20,000 nucleotides of DNA, taken from assembly GCA_016906335.1 (NCBI GenBank), contig JADEYG010000002.1:1667659-1687658 (forward strand), written 5' to 3'. The position numbers were made by a program, and so were the translations under genes. The notes under the pieces are model-generated. The model searched no databases. It was given only the letters and a program-made list of their open reading frames with translations, and was not told where the DNA came from. Positions 1 to 9,219 of the stretch are shown piece by piece (position 1 is the first letter of the stretch; each line of letters begins with the position of its first letter). The stretch comes from Novakomyces olei. Lineage: Eukaryota.

Positions 1-77
1 GTTTAATCGTTCATCTCACATCCATACATAATTTTTATGCGGGATAACCGCGCAGGAAATGATAGACAAATACGTCT

Positions 78-92
78 GCGGGATATCACCGC
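78..92. promoter_or_regulatory. GCGG-N7-CCG inverted-CGG motif (putative Zn2Cys6 site) upstream of the cupin
   Basis: GCGGGATATCACCGC. A related N5 copy, GCGGGATAACCGC, is at 39-51. Confidence 0.55.
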
Positions 93-232
93 AAACGCGC
101 CACAAATAAATTGATAATAATATTAAAAGTAAAGATAAATTGTAGAAAGGAAGCATAATAAAACTAAAAAAAAAAATTAAAACTCAAATAACACTCGAGC
201 AAAGGGTAGTTTGCACGCATTTTAGCTGAATC

Positions 233-583
233 ATGGAGCATCTGCATAATTGCCTTGCTCGTCCAATTAAAGGAACATCATATTTGGCTGCTGCTGACAT
301 GAAATTTAAGCTAATTAAGCCCGGGTATTGGAGTGCAGGACTGATGGAGGATAGCCCGAACTTTAAATCTATGCTCATGAAAATTGAGCCTGGAGCTCAG
401 GGCGAAAGGCACTGGCACGCTGGGTTATACGAACATATTTATGTTCTGGATGGTGAATTTTCAGACACAGAGAACAAATACAAAAAGGGAGACTATGTCG
501 TTCGTGAACCAGGCTACCCACACCAAACTAAATCGGCGGAAGGCGCAACAATACTAGTTGTCCTCACTTCGGGACCGTTATAA
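233..583 (+). CDS. Small cupin-barrel protein, ChrR-like/cupin_7 type (116 aa)
   Basis: ATG-to-TAA ORF with cupin motif 1 (PGAQGERHWHAGLYEHIYVLDG) and motif 2 (GDYVVREPGYPH), giving a His/His/Glu/His metal-ligand pattern. Confidence 0.85.
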   Translation: MEHLHNCLARPIKGTSYLAAADMKFKLIKPGYWSAGLMEDSPNFKSMLMKIEPGAQGERHWHAGLYEHIYVLDGEFSDTENKYKKGDYVVREPGYPHQTKSAEGATILVVLTSGPL

Positions 584-1504
584 TTTCTCAACTCGGGAAA
601 TATGAAGGCGCTCCTCGGTTTACCAATAACAATATCGCGTGGGATTCTGGAGTTTCATAATCTATACCTATTTCGCATAGCATAAACTATACTCGGATAG
701 AAATAGAACAATTCGCTGCAGTATTAATCAATTCACATTCGCATTCCAAAAAGAAGTCCACGCCCAGGAGCCACTCAATTCGTCAGACTGAGAGTGTTAG
801 ATAGCACCTGATTAATGACTCGTGCTGTACCATTGCTTATCGCATCCAAATCATGATCTCCAGTTGCTATATCAGGCTTTGACGCCTATTATGCCAGTTT
901 GGGCGCCCGCTTTAGCCGCCTCCCACGCAAGATATCAGCTAAAAACAATATCACACTAAAAACCCTAGGGTGAAAAGTATGAAGATAACGCACAAGTGCA
1001 CCACAAATGCTTCATATTACTTCATAATTCTTGATACCAGCAGGCTCTCACAAGCTAAATGAGCGTGAAATCTAACGACTGGTTAATTCTTCGAATTGTA
1101 TCAATGCTAGAAATTCTGAACACTGTTTCAAATTCAACAATTACGCACGTACAAATGCAAATATGCTCTACGATGTTGGATTTGGCCTTATCCTTGATAG
1201 GGGAGTCGTTTTTGTTAAGAGGTTTGGTAGGCGATATCTGCCCCCAGTGCGTGCTTGATCTCGCTCGTTGGCAGCAAGACCACGACTACACAGTGTGGTT
1301 GTGAAATTCTGTTACCGCGTCGTATTCAATAAAGCAAAAAGTTGCACTATAAAGAAAAGCATACATACAAGTTTATAATTAATTGTCGCTAGTATGATAA
1401 AAACAATTCCTATTGCCGTCTAAATTTAAAACCAATCTAACGTTAACATAACGATACTTGGCCAATTTGAGACCATCTAAACTGCAATAAAGCTATATAG
1501 GGAA

Positions 1505-2269
1505 CTATGCCTGTGAAATCTGGCTTCGAGGCAACTTGCGTAATTCTGCGTTTACGTCCGGACCATAGCGGACACGGGTCAGACCACTGTAAAAAAATTC
1601 AGCCAGCGTGTTCGCGTCAAACACAGGCAAGCCAGTTGCGTCCTGAATAGCCAAAGCATACGGTGGCAATTGCGTGCATTCGAGAAGAATAGCACCAATG
1701 TTTCCATGCTCACGAATTAGAGTGTTGGCCAGGCCTACAAGCTCTTTAGCTCCCTCTTCATAGTCAATGGGGCCAGAGTCTTTAATTTGAGTTGAAATTG
1801 CACCTCCATAGGGGACTCCAATGACTGGCGTACTCGGATCTCCGTGGACGGCATCAAAGTGCACCTTTGAAAGAGATTCTGCACGATAAGTAATAATGCC
1901 CACTTGCTTACTGCGTGGGATAAAAGTCCTGATGAGCGGTAGTTGCTGTAAACTGCTTGTTATGACGGGAACAGATAGTGCGTCTGCCAAATATGGCTGA
2001 ATCTGTGCCAAAAATCCACATGATGTATAAATTCCGATGCATCCGTCCTTCTCCACCATTTCTTTTGCAAGAGCGACAAATTCGTTAACAAATTCTTGAT
2101 CAAACTTATTTGGGTTAACCACCGCTTTAACAGATGCATTCTTTAATGCTCTTGTGACAATAGGGAAGTCGAACGTAGCCTGAGTCCCAGTATCACCAGG
2201 GATTCTATGAATGTTGATGTTCAACGTGATTATGCCTAATGGGCCAGACGCAAAACCCGCGCGAGTCAT
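1505..2269 (-). CDS. Asp/Glu/hydantoin racemase superfamily protein (254 aa)
   Basis: Uninterrupted ORF with the two-cysteine motifs TSCGFL and LECTQLPPY, and an N-terminal LGII...RIPGD.G...TF.FP segment that I recognise from a mainly bacterial subfamily. Confidence 0.85.
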   Translation of the reverse strand: MTRAGFASGPLGIITLNINIHRIPGDTGTQATFDFPIVTRALKNASVKAVVNPNKFDQEFVNEFVALAKEMVEKDGCIGIYTSCGFLAQIQPYLADALSVPVITSSLQQLPLIRTFIPRSKQVGIITYRAESLSKVHFDAVHGDPSTPVIGVPYGGAISTQIKDSGPIDYEEGAKELVGLANTLIREHGNIGAILLECTQLPPYALAIQDATGLPVFDANTLAEFFYSGLTRVRYGPDVNAELRKLPRSQISQA

Positions 2270-2453
2270 AAGGGATTGTTATATTTGACTTTTATGGCGT
2301 GCAAAAGCTGAATGCCGAAAAACCACTTGTCAGGGCAACCAAAGTTTCGATTTAAACGACACTGGCTCTATTGAGGCAGCAATTAAGCCCACATTTATAT
2401 GATATAAAACTATGCCAAGCAGGCGTTTTATCGCAATTCTTATCATCACGAAT

Positions 2454-2467
2454 GCGGCGAATCACCG
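2454..2467. promoter_or_regulatory. GCGG-N7-CCG motif upstream of the racemase-like gene
   Basis: GCGGCGAATCACCG, about 190 bp upstream of the ATG. Nearby are GATAA sites (about 2428, 2439, 2484, 2579) and a minus-strand TATAAA at 2394-2399. Confidence 0.5.
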
Positions 2468-3019
2468 AATTCTCAGTGTGTGTGATAACAGTATAATGGG
2501 GTAGGAATTATTATTATGCTACATGAATATCGTAACAGAAACGGAAATAAATTTATGTACCATGAATATATTGAGGACTTATCGTATAACGGATAGTTCT
2601 GAGGAAAATGTCTTCTGAAAAAGCTCTGACGGAAATGCTTTTAATGAAAACATTTTGGTTTGTCGGATCTCGTAAAAAAATTACTCAATGCCGTGATTTT
2701 TTCGTCATCATTGTTGATCGGACTCTGTCCCGATGTTCATCTATATCTATTATCAGAAATCTGTCCCCAATGCTACTTGTAGTTTTATGGCTATGTCCTT
2801 GAGGTGCAGCACATGATCTCCAAACATTATATCCGCTGACGTTGTAATTATTCTGTCAGCGCACAGATGCCGCTAAGTCGTAAAAATCAGACAAAAGATG
2901 TATGATGGGATTCACAAAGTGGAAAGCTATATTGCGAATTCCACACTTTTTTAGCAAAAATGCTTGTTATTCTACGAACCACAAATACTTTAACGTTGCT
3001 AATTCGAACTGTATATCGG

Positions 3020-4450
3020 CTAAAGTCGAGATGGTATTTCATTTAACACTTTTTCTCTTGGCTGATTGTGCAAAATGCGACTGGTAGAAAGAGGCTCCCC
3101 AATTTTGTTTTTGACTTTTTCTGCCTGCGTGTAGGATCGCCACTTGTATTTTTTTGTGAAAATTGTCTCCTTTCCCTCCAGCACATCAACAACATGCCGA
3201 CCAACCAGTGGGAAAAAAGAAAAGCCCCGACCGGAGTCGCCGGTAGCCACAAGTAGACCATGAAAATTCGGAACCCAGTCGATAAGAAATTCATCGTCCA
3301 TAGAGTCTGCATACCAGCAAAGTCGTGTTTTGACAAGCTTCACATCCGGCGAACAAAGCTCCGGCAGATTATCACGTAAAAAATTGTGGATGTAAGAAAG
3401 GCTTTTATCAGGAATCTCTTTGATGGCGGGAACAGTAGATTGTGTACACGGCGTCGACACCAAGTTACCGTTACTTCCGTTTTGTGGGTTGAGCCATTTT
3501 ATCCCCTTGTACCCAATTTTGACACGGCCGTCTTTTGTACGAGGGAATCCATAAAGTGCACCAGTTTCGCCTTCCCGGTAGCGATAAGTAAAGGGCGGGA
3601 AGTTGTCTGAGCTGAACCGATTCCAAAGATCTCTTCGTGATTTGGGGAGCTGGAAAATGCAAACTGAGCCACCAGTTGCTTCCACACACTCATTCATGCT
3701 CACAACAGATGGCGTCCAGGCCCCCAGGCAACAAATAATGGTTGATGCCTGATGGCACTGGCCATCAGCTGTCCGGATGCCCACTATTTGACGACGGCCG
3801 CGACTATCGGAAGCGGCATCAAACAAAAACTCCGCGAATTCTCCCCTTTTAGAACCCATAATTGTACGTGCTCCGCCCTTGCGGACGAGATACAGGGCAA
3901 ATGTGCAAGAATCGCTTGCCATTGAGACGCCGCCCGACAAATCTAGCAATCCATTTTGTGGGAAATTGCGCTTTCGGCGAGTTAGTGGATCCGTTTTCAT
4001 TGGGTTAATGCCGTCTGCCAAAGCACGGCTAAGGTCATCCTTGCTGGAAAGATCGTATACGTTTGAGCGTTTGTGGGACAAAATATCCAAATCTTCGGGG
4101 GGCAGATCTTTGTCGCTGATAATGGCCGTTCCACACTCAACCAAAAGCTTTGTATCCTGCGTCAGAGGCGACGGTAGGTCATGATATTTAGGAATGTCGC
4201 TATTCCACTTTCTCCAAGCGTTCAAACACTGCATACCAAAGTCGCGATAGATTTCTTGTGTCTGACTTTCAGCACGGAAAAGCTTATTATAGTCGCTTGA
4301 GGCACTATCTGCACCCTTGTCAAAATCATAATGGTCGAATCGATCAAAGATCGTAACGTTCTTGTAGCCACGCTCGATCAAATGCAATGCTGTACTAAGC
4401 CCAAACACGCCGGCTCCAAGAATAATGATAGACGTATCTTTACCCTCCAT
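3020..4450 (-). CDS. FAD-dependent oxidoreductase, sarcosine/L-pipecolate/fructosyl-amino-acid oxidase (MSOX/MTOX) family, about 476 aa
   Basis: Rossmann motif IILGAGVFGLSTA, plus ASSDYNKLFR, RLCWYAD (covalent-FAD Cys) and ATGDSG..F..FP. The start is placed at the ATG at 4450 (MEGKDT), not the upstream GTG of the ORF track. TATAAA lies on the minus strand at 4531-4536. Confidence 0.9.
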   Translation of the reverse strand: MEGKDTSIIILGAGVFGLSTALHLIERGYKNVTIFDRFDHYDFDKGADSASSDYNKLFRAESQTQEIYRDFGMQCLNAWRKWNSDIPKYHDLPSPLTQDTKLLVECGTAIISDKDLPPEDLDILSHKRSNVYDLSSKDDLSRALADGINPMKTDPLTRRKRNFPQNGLLDLSGGVSMASDSCTFALYLVRKGGARTIMGSKRGEFAEFLFDAASDSRGRRQIVGIRTADGQCHQASTIICCLGAWTPSVVSMNECVEATGGSVCIFQLPKSRRDLWNRFSSDNFPPFTYRYREGETGALYGFPRTKDGRVKIGYKGIKWLNPQNGSNGNLVSTPCTQSTVPAIKEIPDKSLSYIHNFLRDNLPELCSPDVKLVKTRLCWYADSMDDEFLIDWVPNFHGLLVATGDSGRGFSFFPLVGRHVVDVLEGKETIFTKKYKWRSYTQAEKVKNKIGEPLSTSRILHNQPREKVLNEIPSRL

Positions 4451-4626
4451 AAGGAAGAATTTATCCGAGCGCACGCCTTCTAAAGTCGATGTAAACTGTT
4501 TGTCTTGACAAGCATGAAGTCGTACATCTTTTTATAATGGTTAGAATATAATGCTAAAATACAAATGCTTACAAGTTTAGACTACATATCTTATCGGAGA
4601 TTTTGTGTGTTGCGTGGGCCATTTGC

Positions 4627-4641
4627 GCGGGATAATACCGC
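4627..4641. promoter_or_regulatory. GCGG-N7-CCG motif upstream of the oxidase gene
   Basis: GCGGGATAATACCGC, about 180 bp upstream of the ATG at 4450. Confidence 0.55.
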
Positions 4642-4810
4642 AATTTGTATGTGGCGAAATTAACCACTTAGCAATACAGCTGCTATGTATACGTTAAACT
4701 TATTAAATTATAAATTTAGATATTTATGAAACACAGTTATATTTTTCAATTTGTGCACAAGAATTCTATCCGTTAAAATGCTATTTAAATGCGTATGCTT
4801 ATGCTATAAT

Positions 4811-4975
4811 TTATGCTTTTCTCTTCTTTCCATCTTTTCCGTCGCCTCCTGAACCTTGACTGGGAGAAAGCTCGAGCTTCGCAATGCTCTCCTTAATGAT
4901 GTTTCCCATTTCGTCGTATAGGTCTTCTCCTTTTCCCTCAAGATATGTAGAAAGCACGTATAACACTTTCTCAAA
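4811..4975 (-). pseudogene. Relic C-terminus resembling the neighbouring FunK1 kinase tail
   Basis: Manual translation FEKVLYVLSTYLEGKGEDLYDEMGNIIKESIAKLELSPSQGSGGDGKDGKKRKA* aligns with the kinase segment MEKLRIALF...EQGEELYDKILNILSTEVERLE..RQGAQGGG. Confidence 0.55.
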
Positions 4976-4982
4976 ACGAGAG

Positions 4983-5500
4983 CCAAATTACGAATATGTC
5001 TAGTCGGAGCTATCGCCACGAGCATATCGGTCAAACACAATTCCGTAAACTATTCCAATGCCTTCCCAGAATTGCGAGACATTGGCCCGTGTTTATATTC
5101 AATGTAGGTATTCTGTCGTCAGCTCCGTTTATACAAATATCACCGGCGACATTGAGGCACTTTATACTTCCTCCGTGACCTGGTCTGAGTTTACGGCTCC
5201 CGGCGACTGTTCAGATTCCAGACGCGGAGTCCACCTTGCTAGGAGCTCGGAATAGCCATAATTTAATCCTTCATATTGACTCAAAGCACTTGGGATGTAA
5301 GTGCATACATCACATGGCGGCTGTTTCCTGTATCAAGGTTCCAGGCACCAATGTTTTGCCTCGCGCTATGCGCATAAGAATCGGGTATGAGATAAAAGTT
5401 GCCTTCCTGGTCTGAGCATCATGAATCAGCCAGTCCACCTGATCAGTGGCAGGTCAAAACGATGGACGGATGCCGGCACTCGAAAGCAACCCGCTCTTAC
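4983..5500 (-). pseudogene. Degenerate WD40-repeat gene fragment (Cdc4/Fbw7-like F-box/WD40 propeller)
   Basis: Manual translation across stops and frameshifts: IGAWNLDTGNSRHVMYALTSQVL*VNMKD*IMAIPSS*QGGLRVWNLNS / GHGGSIKCLNVAGDICINGADDR..LNINTGQCLAILG.H / IVYGIVFD..LVA..SSD*TIRIW. This gives three to four GH...WN/WD-type repeats. The 5' limit is uncertain. Confidence 0.7.
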
Positions 5501-5822
5501 ATCGTTTCTTTCGTCTAAAGCCTAATTCCAGCTAAAACGCCATTCCAACAAATAATGCTGTATCAGTCACGACTTCCCCTCACTGTCGACATATTTATTG
5601 CCACCTATCGTCGCCATGTCACCGCCACTGCCACAGCCATCTCTATATTACTCCAGCGCTCATACAGTCCCTTCGCCACTGGTACTGCCAGGCGACGGAG
5701 TTGGAATCGCCAGCAGTAACTGGAATTGTGGAGGCAGGGACTCCGTCAAAATATATTACTTGATTTCTGTCCGTTCAATACGCGAGGCTCTTGATTGCAC
5801 ATGATGGGTTGTTTCGCTATTG

Positions 5823-5860
5823 GTGAATTAATGGAATCAATAGTGAATTAATGGAATCAA
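5823..5860. repeat. 18-bp direct duplication GTGAATTAATGGAATCAA
   Basis: Exact copies at 5823-5840 and 5843-5860, downstream of the kinase stop. Confidence 0.9.
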
Positions 5861-5984
5861 AATAAAAACGCCAACAATATGCTAAACAATGCAATTTAAA
5901 TATGCCCAATAATATGCCATAACTATGCCAGACTTTAAAGCCTGGATGAAAATGAAAGGGTATTATATATCATTGGCCCCCGGC

Positions 5985-8698
5985 CTACTTGACCCTTCTT
6001 GCCTTTTTCTTCGGGACTCCCTGGCCTTCATGAATTTCTTCGTCCTCCTGACCATCCTGATCCCCATGGTCTCTACGGTTTCCATATTCTCTCTGGACTT
6101 TATTGCTGCCATAGGCTTCGTGGCCCTTCTGGCTCCCTCGCTCTCGTAACCTCAGTGACCTAAGTGACCTCCGTGGCCCCTCTGGCTTCCCTGCCTCCTG
6201 GCCTCTCTGACTGACCGGATTGACCTGGCCTCCCTGGAGTTCACCGCCTCCTTGGGCCCCCTGTCGTTGCAGATTTTCCAGCCGCTCCACTTCGGTGCTC
6301 AATATATTGAGAATTTTGTCATACAATTCTTCACCTTGTTCGATACGTACGCCTCTTGAATCTTTCATGAACAATGCAATGCGAAGCTTTTCCATGCATC
6401 CCATCAAAGGCTTATGGTCATTAGTGAAATTTTCCGACATTTCGCGCCTAAAAATAACGGGATTATCAACGATTTTTGATTTATACGCCGAGACCTTTGA
6501 CATACTGGCATAGTCCCAATCGTCATACGGAGAATTCCGATTAATAGTCTGTCCATTTCGAAAATAGTGAGTAAAAATCCAGTAAGCCACCCAAAAGTGC
6601 GACTCAATGTCATGCATCATGGTATGATCTTCTCCGTCTAGTAAAGGTATCGCCATAAACGGCCTCGTGCCTGTTCTCTCCATCGCGCCTGACAGACCAG
6701 CTTGGCTGATCCTGATCGCAAACTCAAGATCAATAAGAAATGCCCGCCGAGACCCTGGATTTTCAGACCCCTCATTCATCATCAAGTTCCCGATCGAAAT
6801 GTCCCGGTGCAGAATATCATTCTTCACAAGCGACCGGTGGCCCTCAAGACATCCCATTATCCCTTTCAGTAGCTCTATGTGTGAACTTGCCTTGTACAAT
6901 GGCTTCCCGTAGTCCAACACAACGACTCGTCGATGGACTCGGTTTTTGATTTTCGCATCCAAAGAATCAATCTGCTTTGCTGGCGACGACTCTCCGGACC
7001 TCTCCTCCGCATTCTCCTCTATATTCCATAATGGAGATTTCGCTGACCGAGTACTGCTTCGCCGCATGTCAAGTGCTGAAGTGCCCGATCCGGTCGATCC
7101 TCTCGACCATCTTGCTCCAAGATCCGGAATTGCCTTTTTTAGAGCTCCGGTCATGTCTAATCCATTCCGCACATTGCTCATAAGATCGTCTTCCTTGCCA
7201 TCAATGTGAACCACCTCATGGTGATAATATCGCGAAATATTCTCGACACCACGAGTACCCGCTAGCTTAAGCAGCTCCCCTTCTTCCCTTCGCTCCGGCT
7301 CCTGCCACGAGTCTTTGATCACTCTGACTGCGCTCTTATCCCCTTCTCGGTGCGCCAGCCATACCGTCGTGCCTCTGCACGCAATTCCGCTCGAAGTCTT
7401 CAACACTTTGTCAATTATAAGTCGCTCACGCGTCCGCCCTCGTTTAATATCGATATATCTATCTTCCTCTCTACTGACAATTGTCGGATCGTAACCCAAC
7501 TCTTTCTCTCCCATCGTAAGGAAAAACAGCATCACGTAGACTATCAGGCCTGTTGCTTTGTTAATGTCGAATGCTTTTGATGCTATCGCCCCACATCGAT
7601 CATATTTCCACACCCTCATCGACGAGTCGCAAAGCGTAAATCCCAAAACATATCGACGGTTATCCTGCGCTCGAAATATTTCCTTTATATACTTTGCAAG
7701 GCCAAGCCATGCTTGTGCAGGGCTATCGGCCTTACGACTGCTTTTTAGCTCTCCCACAACCAAGACGTTGTTCCATTGTTTATCAGCATTTCGCTTTATG
7801 AAGAAAATGTCAGGTTTGCGTGCGAACTTTCCAGGGAGAGGTTTATTCGCCGCAGACATTGTAGTTCGCCGCACCTCTGTGCCTTTAATTCGCTTGTAAA
7901 TGTTGCTTATTTGCGTTACAAAACTCTTGAGCCAATCTAGCACCGCTGCCTCCTTCGCTGATTTAGGCCAATTCTTCAATTTACCGTTTTTGAAGAGTAA
8001 GTTTTCTTGGTTTGCCTCTTTTACCACTCTCGCCGATAGTTTATTGAGCGATTTTTTCCGAGTGGACAAAATATCCTCCACCTCAAAGTTGATATAGAAA
8101 AATTTAAGTTCAGCTTTGATTTGCTCTTCGACCTCTATTAATCGTTCGCTAGAATTGTACGCAATAGAATTAATATTGAGTGGCGTCCCAGGAGCTTGTT
8201 TTGGTGGCTCTTCCTTCGTTTGGCTTTGAGCTTGCCTTAATCGCTCGACCTTCCTTTGGCTTTCCGCTACAACATCGTTCAGTTTCTCCCAAATCTCTAA
8301 GTCGTTATCATGTTTAAATGCAGCCGTCAGGACTGGGGCAATGTCATGATAGTAAAGCCGGATATCAGAGGCAATGTCGTTAACTAGTTCACTTATAGCA
8401 GGTTGAACATCCTCCGCCACAATACTCAACTGCAGAAGCAAGATTCTAGCCAGCCTAAAATAGTCTATAGATGTTAGGCATAAAGAAAAATCGACGAGAC
8501 CCAATCGTTACCTTTTTCATGGAGCAAAAGAGCATTATACTGTCCTGAAGAAGGGTCTCTATAGCCTGCTTTGTCAATCCGACGTAGATTTTCGTAAAAG
8601 TAATATAAATGCGGTGTAAAGGGATTATCGTTCAGCATTCGTCGAATTCCATCGTTTATCTCGATCGAACCGGGCTCTGGCCTTAAAGGTTCCGCCAT
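5985..8698 (-). CDS. Fungal-specific protein kinase (FunK1/Pkinase_fungal family), two exons 8698-8512 and 8464-5985, 888 aa
   Basis: Motifs CRGTTVW, VIKDSW, HRDISIGN, LIDLEFA, RTGTRPFMA and HDIESHFW. A 47-nt intron joins the 8474-8713 ORF in frame (G|AC = Asp, then YFRL). The protein ends in the NLS-like PKKKARRVK. Confidence 0.88.
8465..8511 (-). other. 47-nt spliceosomal intron of the kinase gene
   Basis: GTAACG donor, CTAAC branch point and TAG acceptor. Removing it restores the reading frame. Confidence 0.85.
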
Positions 8699-8753
8699 CG
8701 CCGCTGCGGTCAAGGTAGGAACGCGACTCGAACCAATGAATGCATGTTGGATA

Positions 8754-9094
8754 TGAAAGGGCTTAATCCCAACATGGTGTTATGATAACCCAACATTTGG
8801 CTATCGCCAGTTTATCGCCTTGTAGCCATTTAAACCACTAACCTAAAGGGATTCTTATAGAAAATGACCTTCAAAGGGACTGGAGGATGCATTTGCTCGA
8901 CCACCCGTGGTCTATAAATAGGGACCCATTCGTTCATAGTTCTACGTAGTTTAATATTAATCTTAGTGCTTGAAATCAAACAGCCTCAGGACGCCGTTAT
9001 CCTATAGCTCCGCCTATTATTATAACAGCGCGCTGCTATCTTGGGATAGTTAGGTTACTTAAATTATATATATATATTGGTTTGAGTCCTAACA
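8754..9094 (+). repeat. Element A 5' LTR (341 bp)
   Basis: TGAAAGG...CCTAACA with TATAAATA at 8913-8920. No differences from the 3' copy seen by eye. Confidence 0.97.
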
Positions 9095-9101
9095 GGTAAT
9101 T

Positions 9102-9116
9102 TTAATATTAAACTAC
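9102..9116 (+). other. Element A putative self-priming primer-binding site
   Basis: TTAATATTAAACTAC is the exact reverse complement of LTR positions 8946-8960. There is no tRNA-type TGG PBS. Confidence 0.75.
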
Positions 9117-9219
9117 CCGTAGTCTACAAAGAGACTGCTACGTGAAAAAACACCTCTTTACAGAAATTCCGGTCTTTACTAATTACGGTAATCTCCATTA
9201 ACGGAAATAATTTACAACA

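Noticed and set aside
1059-1304. 81-aa ORF between cupin and racemase
   Set aside because: No recognisable motif, short, and compatible with chance.
4804-5804. Short ORF calls 4804-5040, 4996-5178, 5058-5255 and 5598-5804
   Set aside because: They are off-frame or antisense to the WD40/kinase relics, or featureless. None is supported as a gene.
8474-8713. Separate 79-aa gene, or a frameshifted kinase pseudogene
   Set aside because: Explained as exon 1 of the kinase through a canonical 47-nt intron.
8745-8753. TGTTGGATA next to the element A target site, resembling a Copia LTR start
   Set aside because: No matching inverted end or TSD was found in the reconstructed empty site.
9046-9057. 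Telomere-like words in LTR A (TAGTTAGGTTA; also CACTAACCTAA near 8837)
   Set aside because: Short and imperfect. The first is explained as an arm of the U5 hairpin.
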